A DNA stretch of 64,000 nucleotides, from contig JBHGNT010000012.1 in the NCBI GenBank assembly GCA_043228905.1, forward strand, positions 17,174,001 through 17,238,000, read 5' to 3'. The stretch comes from Azolla caroliniana. Its lineage: Eukaryota; Plantae; Polypodiophyta. The position numbers and the translations under genes are program-made. A model generated the notes under the pieces. That model was not told the DNA's origin, did not search any database, and saw only the letters and a program-made list of their open reading frames with translations. Positions 24,101 through 35,138 of this stretch are shown piece by piece (position 1 is the first letter of the stretch; every line of letters begins with the position of its first letter).

Positions 24101-26796
24101 TGTCGGATTCCGGCACGGATAGGAACGAGTCAGATCGACGCGAGTCCGACTCCGAGGGGACTGGTGACGGGTCTTTAAAGGTGAAGACCGCGTTGACCGA
24201 GAAGGCCTCGACATCGGCTAATTTGAGATTACGCCGATCTACCCGCCAGAAGAATCCTGGTTTGCGGTTCGGATACAACGAGTACATGGCGCATCATTAT
24301 GCGTACATGACCCGTGTAGCGGAAGTGCGTGAGCCGGAGAGCTATGCAGAAGCGACTAAAGACGGGAATTGGTGTGCCGCGATGGAGGAATAGATGCACG
24401 CATTGGCGGAGAACGAGACCTGGGACCTGGTTGACGCACCAAGAGTCCCGGTAAAACCGATCGGGTGTAGGTGGGTGTACAAGGTCAAGTACCACACCGA
24501 TGGCTCGGTCAACCGGTACAAGGCTCGGCTAGTGGCAAAGGGCTACGCGCAGAAACACGGCATCGACTACGATGAGATGTTTGCGCCGGTCGCGAAAATG
24601 ACGACCGTCCGTGTTTTACTCGCAGTAGTTGCGGTGAAGGGGTGGCACTTACATCAGATGGATGTAAAGAATGCGTTCCTGCAAGGTGACCTTGAGGAAC
24701 AGGTGTACATGGTACAACCCCCCGGATTTCACTCTGGAACGAACTCCGCGGTAGTATGCCGACTGAAGAAGTCCCTTTACGGACTGAAGCAAGACCCGCG
24801 TGCCTGGAACGCGAAGATCACGCAACAACTACGTCGGATGGGCTTCGTCACGTCAAAATCGGACTCTTCCTTGTTCATCCGGAAAGGTTGACTCGGACCG
24901 GTTAGTATTTTACTATATGTTGATGACTTGGTCATCACCGGCGCCGACCTATGTGAAATCGACCGCGTGAAGCTCCAGCTTGCGGCATTGTTCAACATGA
25001 AGGATCTGGGGGACCTTCATTACTTCCTCGGGATTGAAGTGATCCGTACCCCCGAAGGCATATTGATCAGCCAACGTCACTACGTGCTGAGTATGCTCTT
25101 CAAATTCGGGATGGCCGACTGTAAGTTAGTCTCGACTCCTCTGGACAGAACCGTCAAGCTTCGTCCCAATACGGGAACGGTATGCGACCCGACGAGGTTC
25201 CGACAAATTGTCGGAAGCCTCATATACTTGACCATCACCCGACCCGACCTCAGTTATCCGGTCGGAGTGATCAATCAGTTCATGGCGCGACCTACCGAGG
25301 AGCACCTTCAGTGTGCGCAACGCATACTTCGGTATGTCAACGACACTAAGGACCGGGGACTGCTATATCGGACCGGTGCAGCCACGCAGTTAGTCGGCTA
25401 CACCGATGCTGATTGGGCTGGCAACGCCGCCGATCGTCGATCCACGTCCGGATACACGTTCTCCCTCGGGAGTGCCGCGATCGCGTGGAGGAGTAAGAAG
25501 CAGCCGACAGTTGCACTATCAAGCACCGAAGCTGAGTACCGAGGAGCGGCTGTCGCGACATGCGAAGCCATATGGTTGAAGCGGCTACTTAAGGACCTGC
25601 AAGAGGAGGTGTCAGATCCGACGACGATCTACTACGACAACCTCAGCAGCATCCAGCTCACGAAAAACCCCGTTTTCCACGCACAGACCAAGCACATTGA
25701 GGTGCACTACCATTTCGTCCGTGAGCGTGTCCTTTCCGATGAAGTCGAACTTCAGTACGTTCCGACGGATCGGCAGACTGCCGACATCTTCACTAAGCCC
25801 CTTGGTCTGGACAAGTTGCGGCAATTCTTCGGTGTGCTCGGATTGCGTCACCTCGACGTGCCAAACTTGAGGGGGAGAATAGTCCCGAACGACCAAGCAA
25901 AGCAGCAGGAAAGGAGCAGAGGCCGCGACACCGAGTCGGTTGACTCGGCTGTTGACTCGGTTGTCGAGTTCGACTTCGGATCGGCTGAAGAAGCCGAGGG
26001 CGGACCCGCGGAAAAGTTCGGAAGCGGACAGAAGGGGAGCAACCGAAGGAGAGAGCCGAAGCCAACCACGCATGGGGAAGATGATGCCACCAAGGGTGAG
26101 AAGACCGAAGACGAGTTGGAGACAGCCAACTCAGACGGGAGCGAAAACCGATCGGAGGTAGCCGAGTCAGTTCGGATGTTTGATTCAGATAAGCTGAATC
26201 AACCGAGGCCCAAGCGGAAGAAAAGGCAGCAGGAGAAGCGTCAACACTGCAATAGCAGAAGAGCTGATAAGGGCTGCATGAGCAGACAAGCCGACCGGAA
26301 GGGTCGAAGCGCGCGGAGTCGAACAGGTCGAGGAGCGCGAGCGAGGCGTGAAGCCAGGAGGAACCGGAGCTATGAGCCCGAGGATCTCGAAGAGCCTCGA
26401 GTTGAGCTTGAGGGGGAGTGTTGAGAGACAAGCTCAACATCGGCCGGATCGGTTGGGACCGATCGGTTAGGCCGAGTGCGTAAACCGGGAGGCCGTTAGG
26501 AAAGATATTCCGTGAGGAATATATTTGGGAGTTAGTGTAGGAGCTCTTAAAGAGCATTGAAGTACGGTCAGTACTTCGGTCAATCCTTCGAGGACTTGTA
26601 TAAAAGTGTTCATGGAACACACATATGTATAGAGTAGTGAATCGAGATCTTTTGTTGAATATAGTTCTTGTGTTTTCTCTCTCTCACTCTCTCTGTCTCT
26701 CCCGCGTATACTACGTAAGCTCAAGCTCTCCATTAAACCTGAGTTTTCTTCCTTTTGTTCGGTCTTCATACTTGCTTCCGCACGTTACTTTTTACA
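21126..26796 (+). mobile_element. Full-length Ty1/Copia LTR retrotransposon (pseudogenised), TSD CATTT
   Basis: LTRs 21126-21502 and 26419-26796 (TG..CA, ~10 substitutions plus small indels). PBS TGGTATCAGAGC at 21503; PPT GAGGGGGAG at 26410-26418; CATTT on both flanks. Inserted into the Gypsy integrase (AKFLYEN|VIVKFG). Confidence 0.97.
21575..26424 (+). pseudogene. Copia gag-pol polyprotein with in-frame stops and one frameshift
   Basis: Gag, CWYCGKKGHRESEC zinc knuckle, protease (V*YVDSGASNHM), integrase, RT (YVDDL), RNase H (ADIFTK). Stops at 21902, 22586, 23998, 24391 and 24889; frameshift ~23565. Confidence 0.93.
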
Positions 26797-26801
26797 CATT
26801 T

Positions 26802-27560
26802 TCGTATAGAAATTTAGCGGTTGCACACGCCTCACTTGTTTGGCATACCTGAGCTTCTGCTCATTTTGTGCAATAATTAATAGTCGTGATAATGTACTAC
26901 TTGTGATAATGTAGCTGTTGATATTAGATGCTAGGTTGATTAGGTCTATGAAATCTCCAATGGCCTCATGAGTAAAATGCCCACTCCCAACATGACAATG
27001 TGCTAGTTTAGTGACTACGATCACGCCATGATCTACTATACATCATCGGAGGATGTTGTCCTTTCCCCTCTTGTATAAGTTTCATTAGATCATAGTGAAA
27101 TATCCTTATTTTTTAAGTAATACTCGGGGGCTATCGTTTTGGTATTTTTTCTTTAACAATAATGCCCCTTCTATGAGAACCTCGACTATGTTGGAAGTCC
27201 ATGTTGGTATCATGTTGATTGTGAAGTGGGCATTGTCAAGTGCGTCATCTTCAATGCCAATTTTTGCTTTGCCATTCATTAGTCATGATAAAAGATTGGC
27301 CACGACGTGATCTTTTCACTTTCACACTATAACTTTGAAATTGAGTTGAGGGTGACTGACTATCCATCGTGAATTTTGCCCCATGCCATTTGTGGCTTAT
27401 TGATGAGTTACAATAGTGCTTGATGGTCGACATAGAAGTAGGAATGACAAGCCATGAGATAGTGTTGGAATTTTTGACGCCATATGTCATTGTCAGTGCT
27501 TCTCTCTCCGTGTTAGAATAGTTGTGTTTGGCTACATTAAGTTATTGACTAGCAAATGTT
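26802..27560 (-). mobile_element. Degenerate Ty3/Gypsy pol remnant, 5' part (RNase H to integrase start)
   Basis: Minus strand LNVAKHNYSNTEREALTMTYGVK (RNase H) and HCHVGSGHF (integrase zinc finger). Frame continues across the Copia insertion into 21125. Confidence 0.8.
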
Positions 27561-27569
27561 ATCGGGAAC

Positions 27570-28390
27570 TCAAAGGTTTCTTTCCTAGGTTGGCTTTCAT
27601 CTAAGGTTGAACAAAAAAGGAAGATATACACAACTCTAATTATGGACGGTGATCGATCTTCGAATGTAGTTGGCATTCTAAATTGCAACTTGTAGCAAAG
27701 ATCTTCATGAGGAGAGTATTGATTTGGGGATTTGCCTTTGGGATTAGCTCTAAAGCAATGTGGACTAGCAATAAGCACCTGTTTCTTTTGTATTGTTCAA
27801 GTGGACGATAGTACTCATCGTTTCATACAATGTTCGATTGCTCGACCGATTTAGAGTTACATTTCTTATATATTGGCAAGTGTTTCTCATGTTGTTATTT
27901 GACACCAAGATAGTTGGTGTCTACACAATTCACAAGGTCAACCCGAAATCAGAGATGGAGATTGTTTTTCCTATTGTTGCAAATATATGAGGGATTGTGT
28001 CATAATAGGGAATACATGCAATGCTTTTGTATTCTGATGGCACGCATGGAGAGACCAAGCATATCTATCGGACGTTGAGAAGGGAGTAGTAGTAATCTGG
28101 CAATTTTCTTTGCTGGAGCCAGGAGAAATCCTTTATGAGTTGAGATCTCGGTGGATTGTTCGTGACATTGTCAATTGATTGGCGGTTCCAGCATGTCCCA
28201 CTACTCGTGTAGCAGTTGTCTCTCTTGTCACTCAATTGTGGTACCCATCATAGCCGTGTTTTCTTGACTCGGTGGACTGTTCGTGACATTGTCGATTGAT
28301 TGGCAGTTCCACCATGTCCCACTACTCGTGTAGCAGCCGTCTCTCTCGTCACTCAATTGTGGTACCCATCATAGCCATGTTTTCCACAGA
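27570..28390 (+). mobile_element. 3' fragment of L1-type LINE (same family as 53745-57100)
   Basis: TGGCATTCTAAATTGC.ACTTGTAGCAAAG..TGGGATTAGCTCTAAAGC..GATAGTACTCATCG..AAATCAGAGATGGAGAT matches 56675-56970. Confidence 0.85.
28147..28385. repeat. 121-bp two-copy tandem duplication
   Basis: CTCGGTGGA.TGTTCGTGACATTGTC...CCCATCATAGCC.TGTTTT at 28147 and 28268. Confidence 0.9.
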
Positions 28391-28629
28391 CATTTATGAA
28401 GAAATAATTATGTTCTTTTTCTTTAAAGAGAGAGAGAGAGAGAATTTTTTTCTCACACTCTTTTCTTTTCTCTTTGTCATTTTATGTTATTCTTCTTCTT
28501 CTTCTTCTTCTTCTTCTTTTGTTTTTTTGGAGCTTCTCTTCTCTTCTCTTCTCTTTCTTTTTTTGGACTTATAATTGCCAACAATTTACATTTCTGACCC
28601 GGTCTCAGGAAAACGCAGCACAGCCAGAT

Positions 28630-29035
28630 ATCGCTAACCCTAATCTTCATCCCCTTACAGAATTAAAACCCTAATTCCTCCCGTAACCCTAATCCTTGGA
28701 AAAACCCTAATTTTCTGCAGCCTGTCTTTACTCCAGAGAGAAAGAAGACAAATACGACGAATATGATGGAGATGAAGAATCTACGGAGGGTTTCTGACAG
28801 ACCCGAATTTGTGCTGTCCGCGTGAGGGAGAAGAAGTTGCTACAGAGGATTGCATGTTTCTTCTGCAGGAGGCGTAGCGTTTTTTTTTCCTTTCGAAAAC
28901 CTTAATTTGAGAGATAGAGATAGAGAGAAGGAGATAATGCATAGAATTGGCCAGAAACCCTAATTCTATCTGGAAGCGGAAATTGGTCTCTCATGCAGAA
29001 ACCCTAATCTCCACGTCGACAAGAACCCTAAGTTA
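28630..29035 (+). promoter_or_regulatory. Telo-box (AAACCCTAA-like) cluster in the promoter/5' leader of the DUF3755 gene
   Basis: About eight (A/T/G)AACC(C/T)TAA motifs in ~400 bp. Regulatory role is inferred. Confidence 0.55.
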
Positions 29036-29334
29036 CTTTTTTTTAATAGAAATCCTATTTCCAGATTTCTCTTGCTTCGTGGAATTCAATATGTTCAGAC
29101 AGAGAATCTACTCGCAGATCTGATCATTTTCTGATACGGAAACGAATTACAGAGCAGATGGGTGTCATGGAGACATAATATTGATCACAACAGTTCTTTT
29201 CTCCTCCTTCTTCATCTCCATTCACCATCATCTCCGCCATCACCATCATATCACCATTGTCACTACCATCACCATCACCATCACATTGTGGACTTATCAT
29301 TACCATCTTCTTTTCTTGTCGTCTTTGTTTTTTT

Positions 29335-31264
29335 ATGGCTGTTTCTTCAAACCCAAGCACGAACCAGAGCTACCAACAACAACAACAACATGCCGGGAAC
29401 TCTGCAGAGGTGGTAGTGACAGCTGCAGCGGGAACCCCAGGTGTTGCCAACAATAATGGAGCTGGTGGGCAGCAACAGCACTTCCTCAAGCATGACCCTG
29501 GGATCTCTGTTGATTGGTCCGCCGAGGAGCAGTCAATCCTGGATGATAATCTCTCCAAGTAAGTCTCCTCCCTTTACTTGTTCTCATTTTTTACCTGAAT
29601 ATACCTGGTTCACGAGAAGGATAGATTATTGACGTCCATGGGAGACCCAAATATGATCTTTAGGATGGTCCTGAAGATCAACTTAATGTTTCTGTATGTT
29701 TTGGATACAGTTTTTTTTTTTTCGAGGGGGGGGCGGGGGCTCACTTATACAGAATCCTTTTGTTGTTTTTTATCTTTGATTTTCATTGAATATAGTGGAT
29801 TTTGGGGGAGGGGACTTTATGGCCATCGTAATGGTTGTGAGTTTAAATTGGTATGCTCTGGATACAGTGGATTTGGAGGGGGGGATTGTTCTTCATACAG
29901 AATCCTCTTTTCTCCTTCTTGTTCTTGATATTGTTATGAGTATCGCTATGTGAGTAAAAAATTGCATGATTATCAAGTCCACTTTGTACAATCTAAACAA
30001 AAGCTTCAGAAAATGAAAGCCTTTTGAAAAATGAATGGTTCACTTAAGAAGTACAAGATCATCTATACTGCAACAACTTATCTCAAGAAAAAACCATGAC
30101 ATCCCTATATGTATATGCAATAAAACCTAGGAATAGATGAAAAAAAGCTGAGGATCAGAATTTCTCAAACAAATCGGCATGCTGAAATGTTCTATACAAG
30201 AACAGGAACAGGGATGGAGACATGAACTGAAGTTCAAAGAGAAGAGACTGGAAGGTAAGGCCGAGGGGGGAATTTTAGTATTTTTTAACAAAAATAGTCA
30301 TCTAGGATGAAAACTAAGCAGAGTATAAAGTAATGAACTCGAGACACATTATGATTAATGAGAAAATATATGAAATATAAGAATGCAAACTAAAAAGACT
30401 TAGGACCTTCCAATCTGTAGAGGATTAGAATAAAGTTTTTTATGATAATTGGACTTTGAAGTAACCTGGACTGATATTCTATTCTCATGGAATCTTGGAG
30501 TGTCTTATTTTGAAAAGTCTGGTTGGACTCTTGTATGTTAGTCATCACAAATGATATCAGATTATGATCAGTAAATTGTAGTGTACCTATTATTTGTTTA
30601 TGACATGCAAGTTTATACATCCAATATCTTTGTCAAAGTGCTTTGATAGAAAATTGTTTCATCCTATTGATGATATATTTATATTGGTCAGAGATTGTGA
30701 ATGTTACATAGGTTTCGAAAAATTTCAAATTTATCCAAACTGTTGATTATCATATATTGCTTATCAAATTTTTTATATTTGGAACTGCCTTTGTCCCCGA
30801 CCACTAGGCCAATATTCTCATCCTAAATCTTTAGGTATATGTATGTATCTATTTGAATTATATACCATGTACTGTCTACTAAAATAAAATTAAAAAATCT
30901 ACTATGTTGGTCGAATGTCTCCATCATTTTAGTCTGACCTAAAATCTTGTGCATATCATTTTAGGTATGCATCCGAATCATCAATCACTAAATATATAAA
31001 GATTGCTGCATTGCTACCCGAGAAAACTGTTCGCGATGTTGCATTTCGATGTAGATGGATGCTGGTAAGTCTTTCGTTTTCAGGTCAATTTCCTCATGTT
31101 TCTAAATTATGTTTCCATATGAGCCTTTAATTTTTTCATGGTGTGAATTTGGAATGCTATTTAATAGAAGAAAGATAAAAGAAAGGCAGACGACCAAAAT
31201 CCACCTAAGAAGATCAATAAAAAGGTGTGAGCAAATGTTGGACAATTTGACATGATCTTTATAT

Positions 31265-31303
<39 letters not shown>

Positions 31304-33735
31304 CCAGCATCCAGCATTGAGAAATTCAATACTCATCTATATTCCTCTTTTTTTCTGTTTTTCATTATGTATAGGACAAACCAATAGAACCAAAATCCGT
31401 TACCCCTGGATTGCGTACTTCTCTGACTTCATATACAACCCCCGCGTTACCCTTAGAAAGTGATGATGACATTCCAAATGAAGGTACTTTTTAATGTTGC
31501 ATTATCTCCTTAGCTCTCTTCTTGTGAATATCTTCCCTTATTGAAACGAACTATAATATAATAGCTGAGATCCTCATCATAAGATTTCTTAACATCTCCA
31601 CCAGTTGTTCTTTTGTTTTGTATTTAAAGATTTTGAATGATAAATATATATGGTTTTTAACAATGTTTATCCATTTTTATACTTTTTAATTTCTTGATAG
31701 TTTCTGTTAAGTACAATGATAAAGGGACCATGGGTTCAAGTACTGAGGATGTTACGGGCATGACAATATCCTGTGGTAAGTTTTACCGTAGTATTCTATA
31801 CACGTGGATAAAGTTGCTTTTAATCCTTGGGATTGGGACAACCCGTTAGGCCAAGTGTGAACTTGCCTGGGGGGGCCTTAGGTCTGGCTATAAATATGAG
31901 GCCTAGCCACCCTCATTTGATACCTTATCGACTATGTCTCAACTCTTGTAGCAAGCGCGCCAGCACCAGGTACGACTCGACGCCACAGCGGTGGTATGGG
32001 ACACTGATCGAGGCTCGAGTCCGTCTCGATCCCTTCGCTCGGGGGTGGTCGGGTGGATCGACACCCTTCGTTCTCTCTCTCCTCTCTTATTTTTTTATCT
32101 TTTATATCCTTATCTCATGCTTACATTAGTAGTTAGCTCTAATAGAGGAGGATACTATGTGCAAAATAAATTATATCCAGGAAAGGTCAACTGATGCTGT
32201 GTCCTCCATAGTGAACTGCCTGGATGTCCATAATTTATCTTGAGCACTTATACCATATCAGCTGTGTAGGCAATGTCAGCTGCTGGTTGTGATTGCTCTC
32301 AGGTCTTTTGGCATGACCTTCTGAAAGAATTTGATATTTGTCTGCGTACATGCCCGCTATGTGCTTGTCTATTTTTTGGGAGACTCGATACAAAAACAGA
32401 TCTCGAATAAACACAACCCCAAAAATCTCTGATCCTAGAAATATTTATCCAAGCATACAGTCCAAGTCCCTTCCTGAAATGACAGTGGATCTGTCCTCAG
32501 ATATTAATAGTACACTTACTGATCAGCAACGTAGGTACTGTAGTTTTGGGTCTCTGGTTCTTTATGACACATCACAACCTCGTTACCTAAGGCAGATATC
32601 TAGTTTAGATAGAATTTGAATTTGTTTTATTACCATATATTCTATAAGATTCACATGTATGTAATTTTTGGCTTCATGACACATCACAACTGTGTTACCT
32701 AAGGCAGATATCTAGTTTAGATAGAATTTGAATTTGTTTTATTACCAGATATTCTATAAGATTCGCGTGTATGTAATTTTTGGCTTCATACTTCACGCTG
32801 ACATATTTATTATATTAATTTTGGTATCTTTCAGCGATTGGAGGGCCAGCAGGACAATTACTCGAGCAGAATACACAAATCATAGGCCAAATAAAAGCTA
32901 ACCTTGCTGCCTGCAAGGTGTGTGCATTCCCAATTAATGCACATTAATCATTAATGTCAAAAGTTCGACAGTTAAGAATATCATAACTCATTAGGATTTG
33001 GGGCCTACAGGAATACCTTGATGATGTATTAGTGTTTATCCCCAAACCCAAAACCTAAACCTCTTTCTAATGTTTCTCTCATGCTATTTCTTTTACAGGT
33101 CCAGGAGAATCTTGATTTACTTGTGCGGTTTAGAGATAATATTTTTGCAATTTCAAACAGGTGAAAGTCATATCTTTTTCTATGTATAATAATCCTGAAA
33201 TTCCTATTTTTGCACAGTTCTCTATGGATGTATTTTTGTCCTTTTCTTTTCTCATCATGGGTTTTGAACTCCCATGTCTATGGATTACAATGACACCATC
33301 TTTTAGGGATTGGGACTTTTCTGCATTTTGTTATTTTTTGTCTGGTGAAAATTGAAATATTTAGCCTTACATATGCTTTATGTACTTGAAATATTTACTG
33401 CTAGGTATGTATACACACATATACTAGTTGATATTCCAAAACTTAAAAGGAAATATTGATTTATTTATTATTATAAAATTAGTTGTGCCGTGGCTTCTGA
33501 TAAAAAGTCAAAGGTATAGTTTACACCTCTTTCATGCACACTTGTTGATCTTTATTATCATCATGTTTTGGTACTATATTTAAGTTTTTTTGTTTCTTAT
33601 CTCATTGTTTCTCTTTGATGTTTCAGCATCAAAGATATCCCAGGTATTACCAATCAAATGCCTCAATTGCCGGCGATGAACATGGACCTCATAGAAGCCA
33701 TCCTTCCCAAGTCAAATTCCCAAATGGCTACCTAA
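29335..33735 (+). CDS. SANT/Myb-like domain DUF3755 family protein, ~247 aa, 7 exons
   Basis: Exons 29335-29558, 30965-31064, 31168-31224, 31375-31483, 32835-32917, 33099-33160 and 33627-33735 (744 nt, open). Motifs LKHDPGISVDWSAEEQSIL, YIKIAALLPEKTVRDVAFRCRWM, GQLLEQN..QIKANL, ENLDLLVRFRDNI, QMPQLP. Confidence 0.92.
31750..32144 (+). mobile_element. Solo LTR of the chromovirus family at 60309-64000, in DUF3755 intron 4, TSD GAGGA
   Basis: Starts TG and ends TA (decayed CA). GAGGA at 31745-31749 and 32145-32149. Shares TATAAATATGAGGC.TAGC.ACCCTCAT and GCTCGGGGGTGGTCGGGTGGA with the reverse complement of 60309-60779. Confidence 0.82.
32564..32787. repeat. 112-bp two-copy tandem duplication in DUF3755 intron 4
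   Basis: ATGACACATCACAAC...GTAATTTTTGGCTTC at 32564 and 32676. Confidence 0.92.
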
Positions 33736-34874
33736 TAGTTGGAGTTAGCCCCCCCAAAGGTGGTGGATTATGTAAAATTATGCATTCGACTTTGCAAGTT
33801 CTTATTCACTTTCGAGTCTATTTAATTGCTGTATTGGAGTATTTATCCCCTAGGTATATACCAAGGTTTATCTGAGCGGAAGCTGCATGTACTTCAATTG
33901 AGGAGGATGGGAGAATAATCACCCTAACCCTTTGTTTTCTTTCTTCAGAAAAGACAAAATATTCCTTATACAAGGTACCATTATTTCAACTTTAGGAGAA
34001 CAATTCATTTTAACTGCGGATTCCATCATAATCTTTGTTGTATCTACCCTTGTATTATTATTGGTTTCTCACTTGTTATCACGTTGACAAAAAGGTGGTG
34101 TGATTTTTTTGGAAGTAGAATGCATATAGTCGTTACTTGTTCAGAACTGTGTAAAGAGAAAATAATCATGTATTTAACATGAACTCCGAAGGCAAAACCC
34201 AAATTTTGTATGGGAGAAATACAATTATTTAACATAGTGCCAAAAGCTTTGGTGCCCATTATAACAATGTGCAACAATGTACTTCATGTAAATGTGATGG
34301 TATGAAATTATCAGGTTGAAAAATTATAAAAGAGGCAGTGCCCATACCACATGTCAGTGCTATTGAGCTAGATGTTTAAAGACACAAACCAAGTCTTTTG
34401 AGAATAAAATTTGATTGCAAGTGGTGAGTGTTTATGATGCCTTGTATACAAGGAATAGCCAATATTAATGCTTTTGCTGGTGATACAACCACTAGCACTA
34501 GAATCCATGTTTTCTTCGTTTCTTACCATACTTTGGTAGAGAGTAGTAAACCAAGAATCGCGCAGGAATATGATACAAATGTTGAATCCCAACATGAATG
34601 CTACTATTGTTTGTATGTGCCAATTCAATGCACAAAAATTTAACCATCTGTCACTAATTAGTGGCAGTGTATATAATTAGATAGTGTACTCTGATAGCGT
34701 AGGATCTCTACGATTTTTGAGAACCGCTTCTTTAAGAAGTAAGCATTGAGAAAATCAACCCAATCTGGTGGGATTTCATTATAAATGTAAGTAGATCCAC
34801 CTCCCCATGATTGATGAAAGTAGATTAATTATCATTGACTTTCTCTTGTTGCTGCTGCATGATTTGATGAATGT

Positions 34875-35097
34875 TCAGGTGAGAATGTTAAACCATTTGT
34901 GGCCATTGATGAATCCAATCCCAAGAAAAGGCCTTGCCTCTGCATAGCTTAGCTGTCTAGACCATGACACCCGCCACCGTGGTTGGGCGCCGGGTCCCCA
35001 GCACTTGTATTCCCCAAAGAATACCGTTCTACATTATTGTTGATGAAAACAATAAAAGAAGCATAGGTATATTGTCAAAAATTAGATAAAAGTGTAG

Positions 35098-35138
<41 letters not shown>

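Noticed and set aside
25793-26620. 275-aa antisense ORF starting in the Copia 3' LTR
   Set aside because: GTG start, low complexity, shadow of a GC-rich sense frame; no comparable frame in the relative at 50460-51330.
28630-29035. Interstitial telomere array
   Set aside because: Motifs are dispersed single units, not tandem (TTTAGGG)n.
29162-29456. His-rich ORFs
   Set aside because: Arise from CAT/CAC repeats overlapping the leader and exon 1 of the DUF3755 gene; no domain signal.
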